Of a DNA stretch of 64,000 nt, positions 53,007 to 61,014 are shown piece after piece. The stretch covers positions 219,651-283,650 of the forward strand of contig JAGMDC010000003.1 in assembly GCA_023128895.1 (NCBI GenBank), read 5' to 3'. Below the pieces are notes generated by a model. That model worked only from the letters and a program-made list of their open reading frames with translations, did not search any database and was not told the origin of the DNA. The translations under genes were made by a program, and so were the position numbers. This stretch comes from Candidatus Parcubacteria bacterium. GTDB lineage: Bacteria > Patescibacteriota > Minisyncoccia > Minisyncoccales > JAGMDC01. Position 1 is the first letter of the stretch. The number at the start of each line of letters is the position of its first letter.

Positions 53007-53031
53007 GTTTTTAGTTTTAGTGCTCCGCGGG
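53007..53031. terminator. hairpin terminator just 3' of tRNA-Asn
   Basis: AAAAACGCCC-TTGA-AGGGCGTTTTT. Confidence 0.7.
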
Positions 53032-53041
53032 TAGGATTCGA

Positions 53042-53312
53042 ACCTACAACCTTGGCCTTACATCTAATCCTAATGTTTCCAAAAGGGACGGACTATCTCA
53101 TCTCCGCACCGCTTTTATACAAAAAGTTGGTGTGGAGCGAGGCGCTATAAGTCTCTGAACCTTCCGAGCATTCAATCTCGGCTTGGCTGCGGATTGCCAT
53201 TCCATTAAAATGGATTAGGTTTCCCGCAATTCACCTCGTTTTTCAATCAGCATTTCTACTGAAAGCTGCAATATGTTTACAGGGCCTCGCGCTACCATTA
53301 CGCCACCGCGGA
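53042..53312 (-). tRNA. tRNA-Asn(GUU) interrupted by a group I intron (exons 53312-53279 and 53079-53042)
   Basis: - Perfect 7-bp acceptor TCCGCGG/CCGCGGA.
- D arm GCGT/GCGC and T arm GTAGG-TTCGAAT-CCTAC.
- Discriminator G.
- The spliced anticodon loop is CTGTTAA. Confidence 0.8.
53080..53278 (-). ncRNA. group I self-splicing intron (IC3-like, tRNA-anticodon-loop type), 199 nt
   Basis: - Classical P/Q/R/S elements are present: AATTGCGGGAAACC, AATCCGCAGCC, GGTTCAGAGACT, GAGATAGTCC.
- P1 is CUGU|AA paired with UUGCAG, with a U:G at the 5' splice site.
- The terminal nucleotide is G. Confidence 0.8.
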
Positions 53313-53365
53313 ATATAAAAAAATGAAAAATGAAAAAATCAAAATGATAATATAAAATTTAAAAA

Positions 53366-54505
53366 TTATCGGTAGCCAGTGAGTTTTTTTAGTTTATTGT
53401 GCTCACGGATTTTTTCCAAAGATCGGGCTTCAATCTGGCGAATTCTCTCACGGGTAACGCCGAACTCCTGCCCCACTTCTTCTAATGTATGGGTTACAGC
53501 GTCGTCCAGCCCAAACCTCATAGAAAGTATTTTTTGTTCTCTTGGCGTTAAATCAATCAAAATTTCCTGCAAGCGATGGCGAAGCAAAGCTCTTGCCGCG
53601 TCTACGGAAGGAAGCGGTGTCTTTTCGTCTTCCACGAATTCCGCCAAAATACTATCCTCGTCGTCTTCGCCCACCGGCGTTTCCAAAGAAATTGTCTCCT
53701 GCGAAACCCTTCTAATATGATGCACTTTTTCCACATCAATTTCCATTTCCATAGCAATCTCTTCCGGTAAAGGTTCGCGCCCCAAATCCTGTAAAAGCCG
53801 CCTTCGCACTTTTGTATATTTCGCGAGAATTTCCGCCATATGCACCGGAATTCTGATTGTCCTCGCCTGGTCAGCCACGGCTCTTGTAATTGCCTGCCTT
53901 ATCCACCAAGTCGCGTAAGTGGAAAATTTATAACCCCTGCGCCAGTCAAATTTTTCTACAGCGCGAAACAATCCGATATTCCCCTCCTGAATCAAATCCA
54001 GAAGCGTTAAATTCGGGCTTCTTCCAACATATTTTTTGGCAATAGAAACTACAAGCCGCAAATTAGCGCTGGCTAATTCTTTCTTTGCTTCCTCATCGCC
54101 TTTTTCAATTCTGCGCGCCAATTCTTTTTCCTGCGCCGCGGTTAAACGCGAAATTTTCCCGATTTCTTTCAAATACATTTGGATAGAATCAATATGCCCC
54201 GGCAAAATTCTTTTTATTTTGGCTGGCGGTTCAGGGGAAACTTGTAAAAATTCTTTTGCTTCTTTGATTTCTATCCCCTGTTCTTCCAACTGGTTATAAA
54301 ACGCGTCCAATCCTTTTGCGTCCCGTTCCACATCAGGAAAAAAAGATAAAATTTCCGGATAAGTAATAAATCCCCTCATTCTTCCTTTTTTAATAAGCGT
54401 TTCTATTTTTTCAGGAGTAAAAACAGGATTTTTTTTTAATGTCTTTCTAATTGTTTTTTTTACTGTCGGTTTTTTAGCGGCTTTTTTCGCAATTATTTTT
54501 TTCAT
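53366..54505 (-). CDS. rpoD: primary RNA polymerase sigma factor
   Basis: Regions 2.4, 3 and 4.2 are conserved ([29 protein letters not shown]). Start moved to the ATG at 54505 (MKKIIAKK). Confidence 0.9.
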   Translation of the reverse strand: MKKIIAKKAAKKPTVKKTIRKTLKKNPVFTPEKIETLIKKGRMRGFITYPEILSFFPDVERDAKGLDAFYNQLEEQGIEIKEAKEFLQVSPEPPAKIKRILPGHIDSIQMYLKEIGKISRLTAAQEKELARRIEKGDEEAKKELASANLRLVVSIAKKYVGRSPNLTLLDLIQEGNIGLFRAVEKFDWRRGYKFSTYATWWIRQAITRAVADQARTIRIPVHMAEILAKYTKVRRRLLQDLGREPLPEEIAMEMEIDVEKVHHIRRVSQETISLETPVGEDDEDSILAEFVEDEKTPLPSVDAARALLRHRLQEILIDLTPREQKILSMRFGLDDAVTHTLEEVGQEFGVTRERIRQIEARSLEKIREHNKLKKLTGYR

Positions 54506-54704
54506 ATCGTTTTTATAATGAGAGTGTGGGACAATATTTTTCGTAGCGAGAGTTTCAAAATTTGTGGCAAATTTTTCAAACAATTTTTGAAACCTGTATA
54601 GAATACAAGTTGAGCAAATTTTTGGGAAATTTGACCAAATTTTGGAAATCGCAGCAGAAAGGATATTGTTCTACGCTCTCATAATACCTCTTTTAAGGGG
54701 GTTG

Positions 54705-56477
54705 TCAAACAAAAGAATTTAATTTTTGAGAAAGATTTTGAAATTCTTTTGTGAGCTCATGCACTTTTTCCTGGTTGTTTTCTTTTTCAGATTGTTTTAT
54801 CCGCAAGGAAATCCGGTCTAACTTTGCTTTTATATCCAAAACTTGAATTTCATTAAGACATATCTGAATTTCTTTACCGGGTTTTGCGTCGCTTGTTTCT
54901 TCTTCTGCTATAAAGCAAAGCTCGTTAAAAAACTCGTTCGCATCAGAAGATTCAAAACATTTTTTTTGAAAAAAATCCGGGTCTTTTTTCAAATTGTTCA
55001 AAATCTCCTGAATTTTTTGCGAAAAAAGGGAAAACAAATAGTCATCAATAATAGAAATGTTTTTCGGTTCTTTCATAAGCAAAGCCGCAACTCTTTCTTC
55101 CAACATTTGCCTTCTGGTTTTCTTTTCTCTCTGTATTGTTTCGCTGTTCGGCTTTTGTTGAACTGTTTGGAAAGAAGAATCCTGTTTTATTTGAATTTTC
55201 TTCATTTCTGCCTCTATATCTTCTTGTTTAACGCCTAATCTATCGGATAATTCCTGAAGCCAGTGCGATTGTTCTATCTTATTCGGAATCTTTTTTATAA
55301 CAGGCAATAAAATTTTGGAAATTTCTTTTTTGCCGTCTATGAATTTTGAATCAAATTCCGCGAACGCGGTGTCAAAATAGAAATCTAAAATTGATTTTGT
55401 TTTGCTAACCAATTCTTTCCACTGTTCTGGATTTTGCGAAACAATATCAGCCGGGTCTTGCCCTTCAGGCATCATTACTACCTTTATATTAAACCCTTGC
55501 GCCTGGGCTAAATCAATCCCGCGCTTGGTCGCGGACCCGCCCGCCAAATCCATATCAAAAGCAGTAATCAAATTCTCGGAATATCTCTTCAAAATCATTA
55601 ATTGATAAGAGGTCAAAGCAGTGCCTGATGTGGCAACAACATTTTCCTTCCCTTCTTGATGCGACATTATCACATCTGTCTGGCCTTCCACTAAAATACA
55701 AACATCGGCTTTTCTCACAGCCATTCTCGCTTTATCTAACCCATATAACACTTTACTTTTATCATAAAGCAGGGTATTAGGCGTGTTAACATATTTTGCC
55801 GTATCTTTATTATCGCCGAAAATTCTGCCGGTAAACCCTATTACCTGCCCTGTTAAATCGCAAATAGGAAACATTATTCTGCCCCTAAATCTATCAAAAG
55901 AATCTTCTGGATTTTTCTCTTTTAGAATAGCCAATCCTGCTTTAACAATCTCATTTCTTTGATAATTTTTACTTATTAAGAAGTCTGATAACCCTTGCCA
56001 TGTATCCGGAGCGTATCCGATACGCCATTTTTTGATTGATTCTTCGTTTATTCCCCTATTTAAGAGGTATTCTTTCGCTTCTTTCCCCATTTTACCGGCT
56101 TGCAATTGTTTTTCAAAAAAATATGACGCTAATTCGCAAATTTCATACAAGCGCTGCCTTTCTGTTTTTAATTCAGCGAATTTGGGATCTTGTTTCTTTA
56201 ATTCCACTCCTGCTTTTTGCGCCAGAATACGCAAAGCGTCGCCAAATTCTATCCCCTCCACTTTCATCACAAAACTAAATATGTCTCCCCCAGTCCCGCA
56301 GGATCCAAAACAATGCCAGGTCTGGCGCGCCGGAGAAACAAAAAACGATGGTTTTTTTTCTGAATGAAAAGGACAAAGGGCGCGATAATTCGCGCCTGCT
56401 TTTTCCAGTTTGACATAATTTCCGACAACATCAACTATGTCCAGGCGATTTTTAATTTCTTCAATAGGTGAAAACAT
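54705..56477 (-). CDS. dnaG: DNA primase
   Basis: Zinc finger CPFHSEKKPSF...CFGCG, then a TOPRIM region (EGQTDV). Start set at the ATG at 56477. Confidence 0.9.
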   Translation of the reverse strand: MFSPIEEIKNRLDIVDVVGNYVKLEKAGANYRALCPFHSEKKPSFFVSPARQTWHCFGSCGTGGDIFSFVMKVEGIEFGDALRILAQKAGVELKKQDPKFAELKTERQRLYEICELASYFFEKQLQAGKMGKEAKEYLLNRGINEESIKKWRIGYAPDTWQGLSDFLISKNYQRNEIVKAGLAILKEKNPEDSFDRFRGRIMFPICDLTGQVIGFTGRIFGDNKDTAKYVNTPNTLLYDKSKVLYGLDKARMAVRKADVCILVEGQTDVIMSHQEGKENVVATSGTALTSYQLMILKRYSENLITAFDMDLAGGSATKRGIDLAQAQGFNIKVVMMPEGQDPADIVSQNPEQWKELVSKTKSILDFYFDTAFAEFDSKFIDGKKEISKILLPVIKKIPNKIEQSHWLQELSDRLGVKQEDIEAEMKKIQIKQDSSFQTVQQKPNSETIQREKKTRRQMLEERVAALLMKEPKNISIIDDYLFSLFSQKIQEILNNLKKDPDFFQKKCFESSDANEFFNELCFIAEEETSDAKPGKEIQICLNEIQVLDIKAKLDRISLRIKQSEKENNQEKVHELTKEFQNLSQKLNSFV

Positions 56478-56545
56478 AAAAAGAATGAACGAAATCCTTG
56501 ACAAAATTTTGGCGGCATGCTATCTAAAAAAAAGAGGGGAAAAAA

Positions 56546-56836
56546 ATGTTTCAAAGAAAAAAGATATTGGAGGGTTATAAAAATCTGTGGCGAAAGTACT
56601 TTAGACAACAGGAAAAAGCAGAAAGACCATATAGTTCTGTTATGGAAGAGATTTACGAACGAAAGCTAAAAGAAACAGAAATAGTGTTGGAAGCAGCGCA
56701 AAAAATGCTCGGTTTTTCTAACAAGGAAGTGGAACAAATAAAGGAAGAAGCAATGGGGAGACTGACGCGGGAACAAAAATGGGATATGCTCGGTTTTTCT
56801 GACGAGACAAAAAAACGGCTAAGGAAAAAATCGTAA
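56546..56836 (+). CDS. hypothetical protein with internal MLGFS repeat
   Basis: AGAGGGG SD 8 nt upstream. Followed by a bidirectional terminator. Confidence 0.45.
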   Translation: MFQRKKILEGYKNLWRKYFRQQEKAERPYSSVMEEIYERKLKETEIVLEAAQKMLGFSNKEVEQIKEEAMGRLTREQKWDMLGFSDETKKRLRKKS

Positions 56837-56854
56837 AAAACTCTTTCTATAATA

Positions 56855-56889
56855 GGGTCCTGTCGCTTATTCAAAACAGGCCCTTTTTT
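56855..56889. terminator. bidirectional terminator between the 56546-56836 ORF and mscS
   Basis: GGGTCCTGT-N11-ACAGGCCC followed by T6. Confidence 0.65.
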
Positions 56890-57751
56890 ATTTTCGCTGC
56901 CAAACCGAAACTTGCGGAAAAGGGATTTCAATATTTTCTTTGTCAAAAGCGATCTTAATTCTTTTGCGAAGCTCGCGCGCCACTTCCCATTGTTTCAAAG
57001 GCAGGGTTTCACCTAACACTTTAATAACAACAGATGATTCAGCAAAATCATCTATACCAAGAACTTCCGGTGTTTTTGTGATGCTGTCTTTCCACTGCTC
57101 ATCTTCTGCCATTTCTTTACATACTTGGTTAAGAACAGAACTCACCCTGTCTATATCTTCTTTATAAGCAACGCCGATTTTTAGATGAACTCTGGAAAAC
57201 TCCTGCGCCTTGTTTGAAGCGACTTTTATTTCTCCATTGGGAACATGATGCACGGCTCCATCTATATCCCTTAAAACCGTCTTTCTTAAAGTAATATCTT
57301 CAACTTTGCCTCCGATACCTGCGATTTCTATGACATCGCCGACTCTGTACTGATTTTCCAGCATAATGAAAAGCCCTGCCAAGAAATCCCGTATCATATA
57401 TTGCGCGCCAAAACCTATCGCAATACCCATAACTCCGGCGCCAGCGATTAAAGGCCCGGCGTTAATTCCAAATTCAGAGAGAATCATCATAAACGCCACT
57501 GCCCAGATAAGCACGCTTACAGTGCTGTTAAAAATTCTGATTAAAGTGTCTTCTCTCTTCTTTTCCGCTTCAGGGTCCTTGGCAACCTGGTCTGGTTTGA
57601 TAAGTTTCCTTATGGCTTTTTCAATAAAAATTTTAATAATCCGAATAAAAATACCAGCGCCAATTAAAATAGCAATGATTTTTATTCCATGAACCATTGC
57701 CCAAGGGATTATGGCTTGGACAATATTTTGAATATCTATATTCATAAACAT
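56888..57751 (-). CDS. mscS: small-conductance mechanosensitive channel
   Basis: Three TM helices followed by the MscS beta-domain motif (YRVGDVIEI...G.VEDITLR.T). Confidence 0.85.
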   Translation of the reverse strand: MFMNIDIQNIVQAIIPWAMVHGIKIIAILIGAGIFIRIIKIFIEKAIRKLIKPDQVAKDPEAEKKREDTLIRIFNSTVSVLIWAVAFMMILSEFGINAGPLIAGAGVMGIAIGFGAQYMIRDFLAGLFIMLENQYRVGDVIEIAGIGGKVEDITLRKTVLRDIDGAVHHVPNGEIKVASNKAQEFSRVHLKIGVAYKEDIDRVSSVLNQVCKEMAEDEQWKDSITKTPEVLGIDDFAESSVVIKVLGETLPLKQWEVARELRKRIKIAFDKENIEIPFPQVSVWQRK

Positions 57752-57778
57752 AAAATTTTTTAGCGAAATTAAAATTGA

Positions 57779-58495
57779 TTATTTCCTGCCAATAGGCATT
57801 ATATATAAAGGATGTTCATTGTCCTGAATATTTAGAATTTTTTTAACTTTTTGGTCTTCAAAAGCGCCTATAACTGTTGTGCCGAGGTTCAAAGAAACTG
57901 CCTGCAAATAAACATTTTGAGCAGAATGGCCTGCTTCCATATAAACATACCTAATGCCTCTTTCTCCATATTTTTCGGTTGTTCGTTCATAAACCCCGGT
58001 AAATACTATAGCCATTGCTCCCTCTTTTACCGCGTTTTGAGACAAAGCGGCATCGCATAATTCAGTCCTTTTGTCCCCTGCCGCAATCTGCTTCAACTTA
58101 TGCTCTAAAGGATTGTATTTATAAACGCCGGGGGATAAATTACTCACATTACCAGCAATAATATAAACTTCAAGCGGATAAAGCGCGCCGGCTGAAGGAG
58201 CTATCCTAAAACCTTTTTGAGTGTCTGTAATTCCCTGCGCTGCCCAGACAAGTTGTGAAACTTCAGCAAGAGTTAATGGCTCATCTTTATAATCTCTTAT
58301 TGACCTCCTTAGAAACAGGGCTTGTTCAACCGAAATACTGCTGTCAGTACTTGGCTCAGGAAGATTTATTATTTCTTTATTTAAATCGGGTTCAAATTCC
58401 TGGTTCATATTTACTCGCAATAACATAAAACACACTCCTATACCCACAGCTATTATAATTGTTAGGATTACTATTATCGCACTGTGCTTTGTCAT
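57779..58495 (-). CDS. nitroreductase-fold protein (SagB/ThcOx-type dehydrogenase domain) with N-terminal TM anchor
   Basis: RRSIRDY and LYPLEVY motifs. Confidence 0.7.
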   Translation of the reverse strand: MTKHSAIIVILTIIIAVGIGVCFMLLRVNMNQEFEPDLNKEIINLPEPSTDSSISVEQALFLRRSIRDYKDEPLTLAEVSQLVWAAQGITDTQKGFRIAPSAGALYPLEVYIIAGNVSNLSPGVYKYNPLEHKLKQIAAGDKRTELCDAALSQNAVKEGAMAIVFTGVYERTTEKYGERGIRYVYMEAGHSAQNVYLQAVSLNLGTTVIGAFEDQKVKKILNIQDNEHPLYIMPIGRK

Positions 58496-58569
58496 AATGT
58501 ATTTTTAATTTATCATTTTTTTGATGAAAAAACAAGATGATAAAAATGAAAAAATAAAAAACGGGGTGG

Positions 58570-59709
58570 TTAAACCCGCAAATTTTTTCTTTTTTTTAGG
58601 AATATAGCTATTATTATGACCGTAAGCGCAAGGCCCACGATCACCCATGGTATTCTTGACATCGCTGTTTTCAATGCTGGCATCAATACTGGCGGCGGCG
58701 TTGCCATTGGCTGGCGTTTAGGTCGAGGTGTACTTACTACCGTATATTCCGGCTCTGTAAACGTTGGCGTTGTTACCTTCGTTGGCAATGGCTTCGGCGT
58801 CAATTTTTCCATCTCTTCTTTTGTCTTTATAAACATTCCTTGCGCGGCTTCCGGCAAAGGGCCTAAATCTATTGGATACTGTCTGTACCATCTTCCCACC
58901 CATATTTCCAAAAGACAATCCTCGTCAACGCCAGCTATTGGTGCATCAATATCAAAATCGATTTCTCCATCTCGTCTCGCTTTTGTTATCCCTGTTTCAT
59001 CAAAAATTTTCCACTCAATCTCCGTGTAACGCGGCAAATTGCTATCCCCCGTTACCTCCAAATCTCCGTCGTCTTCCCATTCTACGGTAATGTTTGTTAT
59101 ATTCGGCTGAACAACTTTTGTTTTTACCACTACTATTGCGGCGGAATCATGGCTCCCTGCTTTCTCAACTGATGCGTCAAGAATAACGCTTATTATTTGA
59201 TTTTTCGTTGTCGTTTGACTTCTCTCTTTGCGCTTTTGTAAAAATTCCTGTCTTTCTTCACCATTCGCGTATTTTTCGTTCAGCCCCCCAGGCGATAGAA
59301 GAACAACAGTACGCACCTTGCTTCCTGCTTTGCCTCCTAAAAATTCAATGTCGCCACGGCCGCTGGAAAAGTCGTATGTTTCAACTATTTTTCCTTTCTC
59401 GTTAATTACTGCTACATCCACCGGTTCAATATCTGCGTCAAATCGTATCGTTGCGTTTTGGTTGCTCAATATTAATATATCTACTTTCTTAGCTCTAACC
59501 GTAAACAACCTCGTTTCTATTGTTGTGAACCCTTGTTCAACGTTCACAAATTTGTTGTCGTTCTTCACATCAACCTCAACCGACATTATTTTTCCAGTGC
59601 CGGCACACGCCAACGACGTAGCAAACAGCAATACTCCTATTCCTATAAGCGTCAAACCAATTACTATTAATAACGCTTTTTGGAAAGAACTTATTCTTCT
59701 CTTTTCCAT
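58570..59709 (-). CDS. membrane-anchored surface protein, hypothetical
   Basis: N- and C-terminal TM helices and a Pro/Thr-rich stalk. Start at the ATG at 59709 behind AGAGGTGA. Confidence 0.5.
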   Translation of the reverse strand: MEKRRISSFQKALLIVIGLTLIGIGVLLFATSLACAGTGKIMSVEVDVKNDNKFVNVEQGFTTIETRLFTVRAKKVDILILSNQNATIRFDADIEPVDVAVINEKGKIVETYDFSSGRGDIEFLGGKAGSKVRTVVLLSPGGLNEKYANGEERQEFLQKRKERSQTTTKNQIISVILDASVEKAGSHDSAAIVVVKTKVVQPNITNITVEWEDDGDLEVTGDSNLPRYTEIEWKIFDETGITKARRDGEIDFDIDAPIAGVDEDCLLEIWVGRWYRQYPIDLGPLPEAAQGMFIKTKEEMEKLTPKPLPTKVTTPTFTEPEYTVVSTPRPKRQPMATPPPVLMPALKTAMSRIPWVIVGLALTVIIIAIFLKKRKNLRV

Positions 59710-59771
59710 TTTTATCACCTCTTTCTTCTTATATTTAATATAAGAATAACATATATTTCACAAAAAGTCAA

Positions 59772-59799
59772 CCCCCACACCTAGATATAGGTGTGGGGG
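59772..59799. repeat. third copy of the CCCCCACACC-N-GGTGTGGGGG hairpin
   Basis: 28-nt palindrome abutting the TTGACT -35 of the 58570-59709 gene. Confidence 0.75.
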
Positions 59800-59820
59800 C
59801 TTCGCTGCGGTTGCTGTTAT

Positions 59821-60930
59821 TTACGCGGTTTCTAAAATCTCTTTAAAAGCGATTATAACCTGTTTTAGTTCCAGTTTGGATATCCCGAAAACAGAAAGTT
59901 TAAAATACTTTGTCAGACCCGGCTTTATACCTGTAACCCCCCTTTTTTTGAGCGCGTTGTAAAGAAAAAACCTTCCTCTGGGATGTTTCAAAGAAATCTC
60001 ATAAAATGCATCTGCCTTAAAAAACATTAAATCATGCTTATGCGGCTTTTCTCCCATTTGTTCCAAACCCAATTTCTCCAATTCTTTTGAAAACCATTGC
60101 GCTTTTTCAACTTCTTTTTCCCAATTTTTTACTCTTTCTAAAACAGTGGGAAATGAGGCAATTAAAGTAGCAATAGCTGTTCCTCTTAATTCAGAACCTA
60201 AAAACTCTATTTCCTGTTGAGGATATATTTTTGATTTTCTCAACAAGGTTTTTTCCCATTTTTTATCCATGCCTAAAATACCAATAGGTCCTGATGAAGC
60301 CATAGATTTTTGTCCTGAACCAATTATGAAGTCAGCTCCTAACTCCTTCATAGAAACTGGCATCCTTCCTACTGTATAAGCTCCATTGATTAAATACGGA
60401 ACTTTGTATTTCTTAGCAATTCTTCCCAATTTTTTAGCATCAGGCAAATTTCCGTAATTTCCGTCAGGATAAGTTAAAAGAACCAAGGCTGGTTTATGTT
60501 TTTTTATTAAATCTTCATAATCCTCTACATTTATCTTATATTCCGGCTCTCCTGAACTTGGAACTTCAACAACTTTTAAACCTGCTCTTTGTGCCGCTAT
60601 AATCGTGGTATAATGCCTGTTCCCGTCAACCAGTATTGTTTCGCCTGGTTTTATAATAGAATGCATTATATTAAATATGCCTTCCCTCACTCCAAGGACA
60701 ATTCTAACAATATCTGCTCCCAAAAATTTTGGTAAGGCCTCTTGAATAAATTCTTTAATAAGAGGCACTTCCATTATCTCTAATCCAGGACTAATATCAT
60801 AAATAGAATATCCATTGCCAAATTCAACCAAAGCTTTTTGAGCAGGCTTAGTTAATTTTCCTCCTGTTTGGATAGGATTTAAATTAATTAATTCCTTATT
60901 TTTTCTTTCTATATTTTCAAATTTTTCCAT
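59821..60930 (-). CDS. Sep-tRNA:Cys-tRNA synthase (SepCysS) homologue, cysteine-free
   Basis: - INLNPIQTGGKLT N-terminal motif.
- PLP-lysine context GSGQKSMA.
- C-terminal GIKPGLTKYFKLS.
- The 369-aa translation contains zero Cys.
- Linked to SepRS and tRNA-Cys. Confidence 0.7.
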   Translation of the reverse strand: MEKFENIERKNKELINLNPIQTGGKLTKPAQKALVEFGNGYSIYDISPGLEIMEVPLIKEFIQEALPKFLGADIVRIVLGVREGIFNIMHSIIKPGETILVDGNRHYTTIIAAQRAGLKVVEVPSSGEPEYKINVEDYEDLIKKHKPALVLLTYPDGNYGNLPDAKKLGRIAKKYKVPYLINGAYTVGRMPVSMKELGADFIIGSGQKSMASSGPIGILGMDKKWEKTLLRKSKIYPQQEIEFLGSELRGTAIATLIASFPTVLERVKNWEKEVEKAQWFSKELEKLGLEQMGEKPHKHDLMFFKADAFYEISLKHPRGRFFLYNALKKRGVTGIKPGLTKYFKLSVFGISKLELKQVIIAFKEILETA

Positions 60931-60938
60931 TGTGATTG

Positions 60939-61009
60939 AGCGGGGCAGGAGAATCGAACTCCCGTAAGTCGCTTTGCAGGCGACTGCATTACCATTGTGC
61001 TAACCCCGC
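60939..61009 (-). tRNA. tRNA-Cys(GCA)
   Basis: 71 nt: acceptor GCGGGGT/GCCCCGC, anticodon arm GTCGC-CTGCAAA-GCGAC, T arm GGGAG-TTCGATT-CTCCT, discriminator U. CCA is not encoded. Confidence 0.9.
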
Positions 61010-61014
61010 ATTTA

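Noticed and set aside
53042-53312. Reading the intron-containing tRNA as tRNA-Tyr(GUA), using the uninterrupted CTGTAAA in exon 1.
   Set aside because: - Group I rules place the 5' splice site after the U that forms the U:G pair in P1 (CUGU|AA with UUGCAG), and the 3' site after the terminal G.
- The spliced loop is therefore CUGUUAA (GUU, Asn).
- The class I variable loop, the U1-A72 pair and the G73 discriminator also fit Asn better than bacterial Tyr, which has a long variable arm.
1769-59743. Many antisense or overlapping track ORFs, listed here by the real gene they lie inside:
- DUF5320 and RRM genes: 1769-2002, 1854-2096, 2160-2429
- purL: 9648-10621
- the protease: 12534-14999
- typA: 23708-24982
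- the ABC ATPase: 27451-27954
- the aldose epimerase: 29915-30436
- dnaG: 54843-56367
- the surface protein: 58616-59743
   Set aside because: Each lies inside a longer ORF with clear family motifs on the other strand or frame. Their sequences are low-complexity or Ser/Leu/Phe-rich, typical of shadow ORFs in AT-rich DNA.
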